Shown: positions 1 through 11,407 of the stretch, one piece after another
How positions within the stretch are numbered: the first letter of the stretch is position 1
How the letters are laid out: each line of letters begins with the position of its first letter
Assembly: GCF_001194135.2 (NCBI RefSeq)
Contig: NC_068988.1
Coordinates: forward strand, 58,942,142 to 58,975,020
Length of the DNA stretch: 32,879 bases
Source of the DNA: Octopus bimaculoides
Taxonomy: Eukaryota
Direction of reading: 5' to 3'
Notes under the pieces: generated by a model
What the model saw: only the letters and a program-made list of their open reading frames with translations
The model's database searches: none
What the model was told of the DNA's origin: nothing
Position numbers and translations under genes: made by a program

Positions 1-57
<57 letters not shown>

Positions 58-58
58 C
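1..58. repeat. (TA)n/(CA)n microsatellite
   Basis: Direct dinucleotide repeats. Confidence 0.95.
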
Positions 59-78
59 ACTTCTTTTTATAAAGCTGC

Positions 79-124
79 AAAACTATTACTCCGAGTTTTA
101 CGCTCCCCTTCCTCGGACAGTTCT
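79..124 (-). ncRNA. Degenerate minimal type I hammerhead ribozyme (Penelope-associated type)
   Basis: Minus strand reads AGAACTGT-CCGAGGA-AGGGGAGCGT-AAAAC-TCGGA-GTA-ATAGTTTT. Stem I AACTGT/ATAGTT pairs (one G-U), stem III is the near-palindrome ACTCGGAGT, with a GUA cleavage triplet. The core deviates (CCGAGGA for CUGANGA, AAAAC for GAAAC) and stem II does not pair. Confidence 0.5.
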
Positions 125-702
125 ATATATGATTCCTTAAAGAAAAAACAAAAAAAAAAAAAACTATATTAATATATTTTTAATCGAGAGCCAGATAGAT
201 TTTTAAGTCGATTCATATGTTTTAGTAATTCAATTTGATCACCCATTTTAGTTGATGTCTATATACTTTTTCTTGACAGGCCCTTCTATACATTTTGCAT
301 TTTTATATGTACATCTGTATTTTTTCTCATCTATGCTTATATATGTATTTTTTTTATATGAAGAAAACATTCACATTGTTGCGGAGGGAATAAAATGATG
401 TAAACAATGCAATCATCTCATCAGTGTAAAAACGAAACAAAAGTCACCAATAAAAAGAAAAAATTACTGCGTATATGAATTACTGCGGTAATCACATTAT
501 CTTAAAATGGCTTATTTACGTTTTTCTTTTTTTCCCTAACAAGATGTTTGCATTTTTTTACATAATTTTATCCCCTCCAGAATAATATTCATGTTTTCGA
601 AACATATGTCGGAATATAACGATTTGAATAACACCTCCATTTAACTCCATTTGTTAATTTATATACATATAAATATAGATAGAGAGATAGGGAGGGAGAA
701 AG

Positions 703-705
<3 letters not shown>

Positions 706-748
<43 letters not shown>

Positions 749-781
749 GTACATACACACACAAACGCACACATACACATG
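706..781. repeat. (TA)n followed by (CA)-rich microsatellite
   Basis: Direct repeats. Confidence 0.9.
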
Positions 782-800
782 TAGAATATAAAACCAAACA

Positions 801-907
801 GCGGTGCATTAAAAGTTAGAGCATTGGTCTGAAACATGAGAACCTGGATCTCATTCCTAGACACGGCATTGTGTTCTTGAGGACAGAGATTCTTATTTTA
901 CGTTGTT
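801..907 (+). mobile_element. Degenerate tRNA-derived SINE 5' head
   Basis: A-box-like GTTAGAGCATTGG, B-box-like GGATCTCATTCC, then TTGTGTTCTTGAG...TTATTTTACGTTG body as recalled for cephalopod SINEs. Confidence 0.45.
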
Positions 908-1080
908 ACAAACTATTCTACGGAAGATGTCTTCCAGCCTGATGCCGATGCTACCCTTTATCTCTCAAGCTTTCATATCTTCCACACCGGGTGTTAATGT
1001 TTGGGAGCACTGCGTATGATTTCTATATCAGCTTGTAATTATATCGGCTTCTAAACAGATGCAAAATATGGTAGATACTT

Positions 1081-1136
1081 ATTATTTACATTATTTACAT
1101 TCGAGGGATATTTGTCCTCATCTTGTTTGTTGTTTG
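1081..1136 (-). mobile_element. Penelope-like element terminal remnant
   Basis: GGATATTTGTCCTCATCTTGT is shared with the end of the Penelope-like copy at about 21222-21242. Confidence 0.55.
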
Positions 1137-1705
1137 TTGGTAGATGCTTTTAAATCATACTTTCTTGCGAATAATGTGTATGGTTTTATATACAACCTTG
1201 TCAAAATCCATTTATCTAATGAAGTTTATTAATATTTACTTGATTAGATACTTTTCAGGTATACTATACTTTAATCTTTCTCCATGTTTTTCAAAAGTTT
1301 TAATGAATCTATAAATTATATTACAAACTTCTTGGTACAGTAAACCGAAAATAACTTCTTAATCCTAGTGAGTAGTTTATCTAAACTTTATATTATATTA
1401 ATAAACACTGTGCAACTTTCGAATCGTAATGTATATATAACACAATAATACATGACTGCTAAATAAAATTTTTTTTGTTTATGTGACTGACGTACGTATT
1501 TGTTTCAATTGAAACGTTTGTGTGTATTTATACTATTGATTGTAAAGCTGCTGTTAATTACGATTAAAATATTCTAAACTGAATGATTCGTTCCCCATAT
1601 AAAAGATATCATCACTATTAGGCCTTTAAAAGCATGAACGCACTGTATTTTCATTTTCCATGCTCTACAATATTTTCCTTATTTTATATTCTTTGTTCAT
1701 TCCAG

Positions 1706-1811
1706 GGTTCAAATTCCTTTGCAGAATTCGAAAGATTTTTCCGAAGCATTCGGTTGTCAGAAAGATTCGAAAATGAATCCACAACGTAAAAGCAAACTGT
1801 GGGATAACTAA
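1706..1811 (+). CDS. Terminal coding exon of M13 (neprilysin/ECE-like) paralog A; upstream exons not found in window
   Basis: Polypyrimidine acceptor ttctttgttcattccAG, phase 2. Translates (R)VQIPLQNSKDFSEAFGCQKDSKMNPQRKSKLWDN*, matching the M13 C-terminal signature RVxxxLxNSxxFxxAFxC...MNP..K.x.W. Confidence 0.92.
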
Positions 1812-2401
1812 GAGAAAATTATGAAATAATAGAAGCCCATATGTTGTTGAAAATCATTGTACATCTGTTATAGATTTGTGTGAATATGGTTGTGTGTATG
1901 TATAAGCATAGATTTTGCACTCGTATAGGTATATATACCCTCCGAAATGTTCACAGGATTATGAAATAACATTATACTCATATAAAGATGCGCATATTAA
2001 ATCTATGTTTCGCAAATCAATGCTCGCTGCATGTGTTTAGGGGTTTCTATTTTTTATTCTTTTATATTTTCCTACTTTAAATTATTTGATTGAATAATCT
2101 ATTCGCAAAAAATCCATTAAACTATTCATGTACATACTTTTTTGACCTTTTCTTATAAGTACCGAATTCCATATTAACCCTTGTGTTTGTAACTTTTCCC
2201 ATCGATCCCTCTTTCAAAACGGTATAGAACCCGACACCCACTTAAGAAGCTAAAATAGAAAGAAACACAGACGTGTACACATGTAGGCATGCATACTAAC
2301 ATATACACAAAAAAATACACATGATATATGTGAATCTCTACGAGTGCGTATAAGATAGGCTTCTCAAAAATTCGTCTAAATTTGTTATATGTATATGATT
2401 T

Positions 2402-2428
2402 CCCCCACACACACAGACATACGCACAC

Positions 2429-2490
<62 letters not shown>
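2402..2490. repeat. (CA)n microsatellite
   Basis: Direct repeats; source of spurious VC-rich ORFs. Confidence 0.95.
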
Positions 2491-2491
<1 letters not shown>

Positions 2492-2844
2492 TCTATATAT
2501 ATATAGAGAGAAAAAGAGATAGACAAAAAGATATTTGAAAGTTTTTGTGAAGATTACTTTATAGTTTTAAATTATAAAGGCGACTTGTTTAAAAGAATTA
2601 TTGTTTAAATATTCAAAAGTCTTTTATCAGCATGTTACTAAGTATTTTGGGGAGAAATTCTGTTTCGCAGTGTGTGTGAGCGCTTTAGTTCTACATTTTA
2701 GAACACACTTGCTATCTCTAAAAGAAGTTTCATTTCTGTAGTAGTGGTAATATTAATTGTATCACGAATTATTCTTCCTTTGTATTTCATATTTAATCAT
2801 AAATTTTCTGTTACCATTGTTATTATATGGAATGTTGACTATTT

Positions 2845-3190
2845 TCGGTTTAATTTCGGATCTAGAATTCTTATAAGTATTCTTCGTTTGCCTTTCGTAG
2901 TTGAACATTTTTATCTTTTATTTTGTGAAATGGGAATATTTCAAATCTTCCATTTGCATGGATATCTAGATGTTCACTGCAGCGGACATTACTCAGAGAT
3001 GAATCCTTAATTTGTTTTAAAATTATATCAAGTAATTTTCAATTCGAGATAAGTTGGTTTGAGAATCTTTATATATGGAATATGGGGGTCTTTTAAGCTG
3101 TAGTTGTTCTGTTTGGATTTATGTAGTTTAGAAATTACATAGCAGTTACTGGGTTTCACTTTAAGATTAGTGAGGTAATCCAACATTTTT
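2845..3190 (-). mobile_element. Penelope-like element remnant, internally deleted
   Basis: Minus strand gives KVKPSNCYVISKLHKSK (RT-start KIHK motif), then shortly after SEHLDIHANGRFEIFPFHKIKDKNVQLRKANEEY (GIY-YIG C-terminal part). Confidence 0.6.
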
Positions 3191-3322
3191 CTTATTGTTA
3201 AGTCATACTAGAAACTTTTGGAATGTTTACTAATTTTTCTCATATCTAGTAAATATATTCCACGGTGATGCACAGCACGAATGTAGTTGCATGTCTGAAA
3301 CAAGTAAAAGAAGTAAAAAAAT

Positions 3323-3380
3323 GCGTGTGTGTATGTGTGTGCGTGTGTGCGTGCGTGTGTGTGCATGTGTGTCTGTGTGT
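3323..3380. repeat. (TG)-rich microsatellite
   Basis: Direct repeats. Confidence 0.9.
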
Positions 3381-3856
3381 TGAAATGATTATGTATTCAA
3401 CACTACTAAATACATTTTAAAAACATTGGTAAAATATGATTTGAGAATTTATTAGGATTAAAAAGAAGAAAAAGCGTACATTGTTGTGTCAAAATGTATT
3501 ACTAATTTCAATTTTTTCAGACAGTTAGGTAATATATTTAGAAAGAATGCAAAAGTACAAAAACAAATTATAAGAACAAATGAACTTTTAATGATCGCTG
3601 TCAATAAAAACATGGATTTCTAAACTTTCTCTCATAAAAGATTAATTAAATTCTGTTTATTTCATTATGGTTACGCTATACTTAGCCTGGGTTTTCTTTG
3701 GTCACAAATAACATCGAGTCGCAGCACACACACTATATCCAATATATTCATATAACTCTTTTATATCTCGATTGCAGTGAAACGAACATTAAGACTCGAA
3801 TTACTGTTATATTCAATCTCGTAATAAATTATTAAAGTAAAATACAAGAATACATA

Positions 3857-3858
3857 TG

Positions 3859-3916
<58 letters not shown>

Positions 3917-3927
3917 CATATGTATTC

Positions 3928-3970
<43 letters not shown>
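3857..3970. repeat. Compound (TA)n/(TG)n microsatellite
   Basis: Direct repeats. Confidence 0.95.
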
Positions 3971-3973
<3 letters not shown>

Positions 3974-4589
3974 TATAGATATACAAAAATATGTGTGTAT
4001 ATATATATTAAATATAGGATAAAATCAATAGTGATTTTACCAGGTGGTCAGTGCGGAAATAAAGACCTCATAGATACATTTTACAAAATATTTTATAATC
4101 ATATACATAAACATAACAAGGGTTTGGCTTTACGTCTCACCACGAAAGTTATTCAAGTTGGAAGGTGGAAAAGTCGAAAGTCAAAGTATAAATATCGAAG
4201 TGAATATGTTAAAGTATATATTGTGCTTACCAGAAGAGAAGGCATCCTACATGATATTCAAGATAACCACTGTTGGTCTTATGATAATTAGCTTTTCAGT
4301 AAAGCAGAGCTCGCAGTTGCTGGTCGCTCCCTCTGTGATAGCTGGCCTTAGCTATAATGCTTACATGGGGGAGGGGTCGATAAAGTTCCTCTCTTTATGT
4401 GCCCATACTATATTGGATAAAGATGATGTCTGTTTTTAATTTTGACTTTCAGTGAAACAAGCGGTATCAACAAATCTATGCCAGGTGGAGTATACAATAC
4501 GTCTAAGCCTCCTCAAACCTTAAGTTATAAATATATAACTGTTGAACTAATTTATGTTTAAGAAAAAATGAACTTAAGCTCACATAAAA

Positions 4590-5650
4590 ATTCCCCCAGT
4601 TCGAAATCGTGGATGTTTACATCTTCGTCTCGGAAAGTCTGCTCCAAAATGTTCTTGCATTGAGTAAAACATATACAACCGTTTATAATACTGATATTGT
4701 CCTTTCATATAAAAGCAAGGAAGTCATTACTTTTTTCTACAATGATTCCTATTCTGTTATAAAGAATGAGGATGGGCTATTGGGTGAGATAAAGGAATGG
4801 GTATGAGCTAATTAATGGCACTATATGGAGGTATGATGGTGGATCTGGCTGGCCTTTATATCCTAAATGTCCTTGAAAATGAGATAAAACTCTTGTAGCC
4901 TTGGCGTAGTGTATAAGAAACATGGACATGATATGCATAATACAACAAATAATAATACAATATATTTCTTTACCTGAAGCTAAAAACTACAATTAAAATT
5001 GTAAAAAGTTCATTTTCTAGACATTAAAATAAATCTTAGAACGAGAAAATTTAAACACTATCATAAACAAAATTATGTCACCGCTTACACAGACGTAGGC
5101 TCAAACGATCCACCGTCAATAATCAAACAACCAATCACTCTAGTAGGCGTGTTTCCATGCTATCGGCTGATAACTCTACTTTCAAAAAGGTAGCCCCATA
5201 CTACAGTAACGTATTAGAAACATGCAATGGTAACTTATATTGACTCAAATATTGATAGGTGAAGGAGGCGTTGAGAGAGCAATATAATATTTGTAATAGG
5301 TAGCCACTGTAACTGTAAACATAGCAAAAAATTGCTGAAACTCATTTCCCTCAGTCACATAGATACCAAAGGATCTTCAACAAAACTTACATTGAGATGG
5401 CGGAAAATAGCTTCACAGCATATAGGTTTGTTCAGAGAATACATGTTAATTCAGTATGGTATGGGCATTTGAAGAAATCATTGTGAACAACCCCCATAAA
5501 AAATTAAGCATCATAGCTAGGAGACGGGGAATCAAATGCGAGTTGTTCGTTAACCAAATATTAAATACATCAACTGTGAATGTCTAAAATATATGGCAGC
5601 AAACATTCTTCCCTTGCAAGCACAAGTAACAATTCATCATTGAAAAATTT
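4590..5650 (+). mobile_element. Penelope-like element (RT + GIY-YIG), heavily degenerate
   Basis: Fragments in order: FEIVDVYIFVSESLLQNVLALSKTY (FDIVxFYPSI-like), DLAGLYILNVL, SNDPPSIIKQ, THFPQSHRYQRIFNK, MAENSF, KCELFVNQ, CKHK. Many stops and frameshifts. Confidence 0.7.
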
Positions 5651-5792
5651 AAGCGTGACTCCTCACTCGTTCTGTCACACCCCCAGCCTGGATAAGTTTC
5701 TCTTTCCCCAGGAATCACACGCATATTATGTATGTAATGCAGTTGTCATGGTCCTTAAGGATTCTTTAAGCATTCGGCTTTTAAACCACATT

Positions 5793-5798
5793 TTTAAT
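5793..5798 (-). promoter_or_regulatory. Possible polyadenylation signal (ATTAAA) of paralog B
   Basis: ATTAAA about 135 nt downstream of the stop; AT-rich context makes chance occurrence likely. Confidence 0.25.
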
Positions 5799-5932
5799 AT
5801 TTAGTTGACGCATTTGTAATAGATACCCACTGTAACGTTGACGGGTGTTTTTATCATTATTTGGTGTAGCAGTTTTGTTAAATAATCTCTTATTCAAAGA
5901 TAAGTCATAAAGTATTATTCTTCATATCACAT

Positions 5933-6029
5933 TCATAATTCGACTTTAGGCTGTGGGTTCATGCTGGCACCTTGGGGACACTGAAACGCCTTTGAAAACA
6001 ATTCAGAATTCTGTAATAGTTTATGAACC
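5933..6029 (-). CDS. M13 neprilysin-like paralog B, terminal exon (9 of 9 in window)
   Basis: Acceptor cttctcgtttgcAG, phase 2. (R)VHKLLQNSELFSKAFQCPQGASMNPQPKVEL*, with TGA at 5935-5933. Confidence 0.93.
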
Positions 6030-6149
6030 CTGCAAACGAGAAGTTAAAAAAATATTAATTTGTCAAGGCTAAAATAAAGTATGTGTATATGAGATTATGT
6101 TACATTGAACATTTAAATGAAAACCTTACGCAGTTTAACTAAAAACAAA

Positions 6150-6450
6150 TGACATCCGATTATTTCCTTCCTTTTAAAAGGACATTCATAAACCTAAGAT
6201 TTTCAAAATAGAAAGTCCGGAAGAGTGTTCAAAAGGTTTCTCTGCAGTGAATTCAGCCTAGTGGACGGAGGGCTCACACGGCAGTATAAAAGAAATAATT
6301 TTTTTTGTATTGAAAATTAAGTAGGACACTTTCAACAGATAATAATAAGTTTTTGAAAGCCTGATATATTCTTTTGTAGTCTCATACCATATTATAAATA
6401 TCTATTTTGCAATAAAATAGTTACTGCAGAGTGACGCTTTGAACACCCTG
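6150..6450 (+). mobile_element. Tc1/mariner 3' end remnant with terminal inverted repeat
   Basis: Ends ...GAACACCCTG|TA (reverse complement TA|CAGGGTGTTC, a mariner-type TIR with TA target). Upstream RVFKRF...DGGLTRQY resembles a transposase C-terminus. Confidence 0.5.
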
Positions 6451-6455
6451 TATAT

Positions 6456-7355
6456 NNNNNNNNNNNNNNNNNNNNNNNNNNNNNNNNNNNNNNNNNNNNN
6501 NNNNNNNNNNNNNNNNNNNNNNNNNNNNNNNNNNNNNNNNNNNNNNNNNNNNNNNNNNNNNNNNNNNNNNNNNNNNNNNNNNNNNNNNNNNNNNNNNNNN
6601 NNNNNNNNNNNNNNNNNNNNNNNNNNNNNNNNNNNNNNNNNNNNNNNNNNNNNNNNNNNNNNNNNNNNNNNNNNNNNNNNNNNNNNNNNNNNNNNNNNNN
6701 NNNNNNNNNNNNNNNNNNNNNNNNNNNNNNNNNNNNNNNNNNNNNNNNNNNNNNNNNNNNNNNNNNNNNNNNNNNNNNNNNNNNNNNNNNNNNNNNNNNN
6801 NNNNNNNNNNNNNNNNNNNNNNNNNNNNNNNNNNNNNNNNNNNNNNNNNNNNNNNNNNNNNNNNNNNNNNNNNNNNNNNNNNNNNNNNNNNNNNNNNNNN
6901 NNNNNNNNNNNNNNNNNNNNNNNNNNNNNNNNNNNNNNNNNNNNNNNNNNNNNNNNNNNNNNNNNNNNNNNNNNNNNNNNNNNNNNNNNNNNNNNNNNNN
7001 NNNNNNNNNNNNNNNNNNNNNNNNNNNNNNNNNNNNNNNNNNNNNNNNNNNNNNNNNNNNNNNNNNNNNNNNNNNNNNNNNNNNNNNNNNNNNNNNNNNN
7101 NNNNNNNNNNNNNNNNNNNNNNNNNNNNNNNNNNNNNNNNNNNNNNNNNNNNNNNNNNNNNNNNNNNNNNNNNNNNNNNNNNNNNNNNNNNNNNNNNNNN
7201 NNNNNNNNNNNNNNNNNNNNNNNNNNNNNNNNNNNNNNNNNNNNNNNNNNNNNNNNNNNNNNNNNNNNNNNNNNNNNNNNNNNNNNNNNNNNNNNNNNNN
7301 NNNNNNNNNNNNNNNNNNNNNNNNNNNNNNNNNNNNNNNNNNNNNNNNNNNNNNN
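6456..7355. other. Assembly gap (900 N)
   Basis: Run of N flanked by (TA)n. Confidence 1.
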
Positions 7356-7399
<44 letters not shown>

Positions 7400-7852
7400 T
7401 TGTAAATTTGGATTTTATCCCTAATATTATTAGCATTATATATATATATATATGGATACAAAGGCCATAAAAAACCATTGCTTCGGATCGATGCGAGCAA
7501 AAGGGTAGAGTGGAGTGAAAGCTTTTGAAGAAACTGGGATTTAAAGAAAAATTTCACCTTCAACGAGAAAGTGAATCTCAACAACTTTGTTGTGTGCACA
7601 ATAAGCGACAGGCCTGTCTTTCTTTTGCTGGGCGGAAATCCCATTTTCGGACCTATGTAATAGAAAAATCTCCACTAACTACTCTACTTATATATCTGTG
7701 GAGACCTATCAATGCCATATATGACCTTAGGTCTGCAACTGTAACAGGGGCTCAAAAGGCATTTTACAGTCCACAAAGATCAGAACTGAACTGCTGCTCT
7801 TGGTGGTCCAAAACAACTCTGTAATTTATGTGGGTGTCTTTTCAGATCATTG

Positions 7853-7933
<81 letters not shown>

Positions 7934-7946
7934 ATATATATATATA
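7853..7946. repeat. (TCTA)n then (TA)n microsatellite
   Basis: Direct repeats. Confidence 0.95.
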
Positions 7947-8249
7947 TTGATGTAGCAAAACTGATTCACAAAATCTGTATTTTTTAAGACGTAGTAAAAA
8001 ATCTGAAAATAGCCTATATTAGTGTAGTTTTTCTACTCTTATTGCTATAAAGGCATTACAGAGGTTAAAATCGAAAAAACTGTATATTTAGTCAATAGTG
8101 AGAGAGAAATTTTCTACGTTTAGCGGTGTCAACTTTAAGGTTGTACCCTGTGAAATTTATAGTTTAGTATCTGTGGTCCGTGTCTGTATAACTGTAATTT
8201 ATTGTGGTTTGTAGATGAAAAGCGGCTGCCAAAATCCTAAATCAGTTAC

Positions 8250-8323
8250 CTTGCTGTATTTGGGGCAAATGTTCTGTGGTCTGCATAATTATGGGTATTA
8301 GTTTCTTCACTTGAACAAAATAT
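8250..8323 (-). CDS. M13 paralog B exon 8 of 9 (His711-equivalent exon)
   Basis: ttttctgcAG|...|GTaact, 74 nt, phase 0 to 2. IFCSSEETNTHNYADHRTFAPNTA(R) vs neprilysin [26 protein letters not shown]. Confidence 0.88.
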
Positions 8324-9194
8324 CTGCAGAAAATAAAGATAATATATACATAGGAAGCAAAATCGTAATACAAACTTTGTATGGATTGTAATTACATCAA
8401 TGCCACAACCAAAGATGTTCATCTAAATATAACCCACTAATGCTCGTGATATACCTGTGAATTTGCATGTATTCTCTTTGTATATCGCTAAAATAAATGA
8501 TTATTATTTAATGATATTTGATGCTTGCTAGCTGTGATTAATTGTGCATATGTCGTATTTACAATGATGCGCTGGTAGTTTCTATTCAGATATTGTAATT
8601 AATATACATGTAAATATTTAAATTACAATTAAATACATTGAATATAAAAATTAGTTTAGAATAGCTATTTCATAGAAATGAATGACAATGATCTAAACAA
8701 TCAAAAAGCAACCGATAGAAGGGGGTGAATATTCACTTACAAAGGAGTGTATTTTTTTAATATTTTATCGGCTACATAAGGGGATGATTAGTTAATATTT
8801 TGTCTAAGGGCAATAACATCGGTCATGAGAACGACGTTATTCTGAGTATAAGCAATCCTGGGATATCAACTGAAAAAATGAATGAACTTATGTTTTGTAT
8901 TATTGATATTATAATCTCACACTAACAAAATAGTACAAGGTACCGTAGTATACATATAGGTACACCATGACCAATGTGTCCACATTTGATGGTTTAGATT
9001 ATTAGTTTAATACTTAAGGTTTCACACCAAATAATTTTTATTGAAAACGTCCTTGTACACTTCCCAATCTAGCACAGCTAAACGTGTATCACAGTTATCA
9101 TTTTCACCGAGAGGAAGAACATTAATTAGGGTCTAGAAGAACACCCTTCGACACATGTATGACACTAATTATATAAGTAAAACTGGTAACTTAC

Positions 9195-9293
9195 TTGAGC
9201 AAGCATAGTGTAAAACAATTTTAGATTCCACGTTTTGTGTGATGGTAGGTTTTCAAGAGCGTTAGCATAATCTTTTTTCCATAGCAAGAAAGC
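9195..9293 (-). CDS. M13 paralog B exon 7 of 9
   Basis: ttgccAG|...|GTaagt, 99 nt, phase 0 to 0. AFLLWKKDYANALENLPSHKTWNLKLFYTMLAQ matches AYxxW...LP...QLFFxxxAQ. Confidence 0.9.
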
Positions 9294-9729
9294 CTGGCAA
9301 TGTTAACACAATATCAATATAAATTGAACATTATGGATTAAGTCTATCTTCAGAACTCTTAGAAGAAAAATAACAACTCAACATATATTCAGGTGAGAAA
9401 GGCCATAAAGTAAACAATTATCCTTCAGTTTAACAAAATTCTGAATGACATGAATTTAAACATTCCCCACCAATATCAACGGTAGTGAAAATATACCCAA
9501 AGAAACAAAAGCAAAAACTAATATCATTGACCAGTTTGACGTAACGTTAATTTTTGGTACAATATATTATTAAGCTGCATGAAATGCAATCTTATATCCC
9601 GGAGCTCAGTCATTATGCCACAGCAGCAATGAACGTATGATGGCGAATTGGTCATTCAGCATATATAATAATAATGGCGATGACGACGACGATGACGATG
9701 ATGATGATGATGATCATGACTAATAATGA

Positions 9730-9915
9730 TTTTAATAACACTTTCTACTATAAGCAAAATGCCTGAATATTTTTGCGGGGTAATATTCGATCATACCGAC
9801 CCAAGTGTTACATTGGTAATTAATTTATCGACCACGAACAGATACGAGGCAAAGTCGAACCTGGACGGATTGGAAATCAGAACGTAAAGAAGGGCGATTC
9901 TGCCAGTTCGCCGGC

Positions 9916-9916
<1 letters not shown>
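9730..9916 (-). mobile_element. tRNA-derived SINE (same family as 14678-14890), degenerate
   Basis: Reverse-complement similarity to the copy at 14678-14890 (AATTTATCGACC, GGCAAAGTCGA, CAGAACGTAAAG, GCCAGTTCGCC). Confidence 0.75.
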
Positions 9917-9962
<46 letters not shown>

Positions 9963-9966
9963 CATA
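9917..9966. repeat. (TAA)n microsatellite
   Basis: Direct repeats. Confidence 0.97.
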
Positions 9967-9968
9967 AT

Positions 9969-11310
9969 AGGACTACTCCAAGAAGCTCTTACCACAAAAC
10001 AAATTCAATGTAATAACATAAGCACAATTGCAGAAAAACATCACGAAGAGGAATGCTCAAGACAGAGCTGAATGCAATAAACAGGATCGGAGCGATTAAT
10101 ACTGTAGCTATACCAGTCGTGACTTACAATTTCAATGTCATTAATTGCTCAATAACTGACATATGTAATTTTGTGAGAAAAATACGGAAATTGTTGACAA
10201 TTCAAAGAATGCACCAAAATAAGGCAGACATAGAACAAATTTACCTACCAAGAAAAGAGGTTAGCCGTGGACTTTCACATCTGGAATTAACAATGAGGAT
10301 TGCAGAATTGGCCTAGACAACTACTAAAAAACTGATGACTGGGTGTTAAAACTTGTCTTAAAGCATGAAAACAAGAAAGCATCATACTCAGTAACAAAAA
10401 ATATCTAAGTGAATTCTGAATACAACAAATTCCAGAATTCGACGTACTGGAAACAAGCACAGAAAAAGCTAAGCGTATTAAAACCCATACTAAAACTGTT
10501 GCCTTACATATTCTTACTGATAGATGGCAGGAATAATGACGAATGCCCAAACGGTGTTAATAATGCCGATGTTGACAAAGCACTTACCCATCGATGGTTA
10601 GTGTCTTCTGGCTAATAATCAGAAACAGAAGGGTTTATCATAGCAGCCTAACTTCAATGCCTACCTACAAGAAACTACAAGGCCAACACACTAGCGAACG
10701 GCAGAAGCTCAACGTCAACAATAAAATGAAACCATTGATCATGTTGTCGCCATGTGCAGTCTTTTTGCACCTACAGAGTATCTCAACAGGCATGATAGAG
10801 CAGCACAATATATTTACTGGATAATTTGAAAAAAAAGGACCTGCACATGATAAAAACTGGTAGGAATACAAACCACCTCCAGTGCTTGAAAATGATCATA
10901 TCTAACTTCTCTATTACTTCACCATTAAAACTGAAAGAAAGATAGATGCGAATAGGCCAGACATCATATTGAAAGATGTCGCACAGAAGTCATGACTCCT
11001 CATTGCTATGACTGTCCCTATCGACATAAATGTCAAGATCTACCAGAAATCTGTATAAATATCTTGAAGTAGATATTAGCAAAATGTGGAACCTGAAGAC
11101 TAAAACAATGCCTGTTGTCATAGGTGCCCTAGGAATGATATCTAAAGGGGCTGATTGCTGCCTAGCTCAGACATCAGGAAACCCCAAAGTGGCAGAAATT
11201 CAAAAGATGGTGCACATGGGAACTACCCATATCGTAGGCAAAATACATTCTAATGGTAGTGAACAGCTGGTACCGTTGTACATCTCCAGCCGTAGAAGCT
11301 TTGCAAAGAC
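9969..11310 (+). mobile_element. R4/Dong-like RLE non-LTR retrotransposon, 5'-truncated copy 1
   Basis: LKTELNAINRIGAINTVAIPVVTY (RT thumb), YLPRKE..RGL, ETIDHVVAMC (CCHC knuckle remnant), NRPDIILKD (RLE), KYLEVDISKMWNLKTKTMPVVIGALGMI, MGTTHI. Confidence 0.88.
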
Positions 11311-11313
11311 AAT

Positions 11314-11345
11314 AAATAATGATGATGGTGATGATAATGATGATG

Positions 11346-11406
<61 letters not shown>
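11314..11406. repeat. (GAT)n/(TAA)n microsatellite
   Basis: Direct repeats. Confidence 0.95.

Positions 11407-11407
<1 letters not shown>

Noticed and set aside
418-424. CTGATGA on the minus strand followed by GATG...CATC hairpin
   Set aside because: No GAAA or stem III follows, so not a hammerhead.
1706-1811. Idea that this plus-strand exon is the missing last exon of the minus-strand gene on a misoriented contig
   Set aside because: The minus-strand gene has its own terminal exon at 6029-5933 on the same side of the gap.
4033-4440. Open stretch [14 protein letters not shown]...HCWSYDN with a possible degenerate zinc knuckle downstream
   Set aside because: No recognisable host-gene motif and no good donor site. 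Possibly an old L1/Tx1-like LINE remnant, but too weak to call; BLASTX would decide.
6402-7644. Long ORFs in the track spanning gap 1 (likewise 24269-25280 for gap 2)
   Set aside because: Artefacts of N runs translated as X.
7541-7652. Alternative phase-2 terminal exon (RSENGISAQQ...EIFL*) for paralog B
   Set aside because: No M13 C-terminal signature; the exon at 5933-6029 fits far better.
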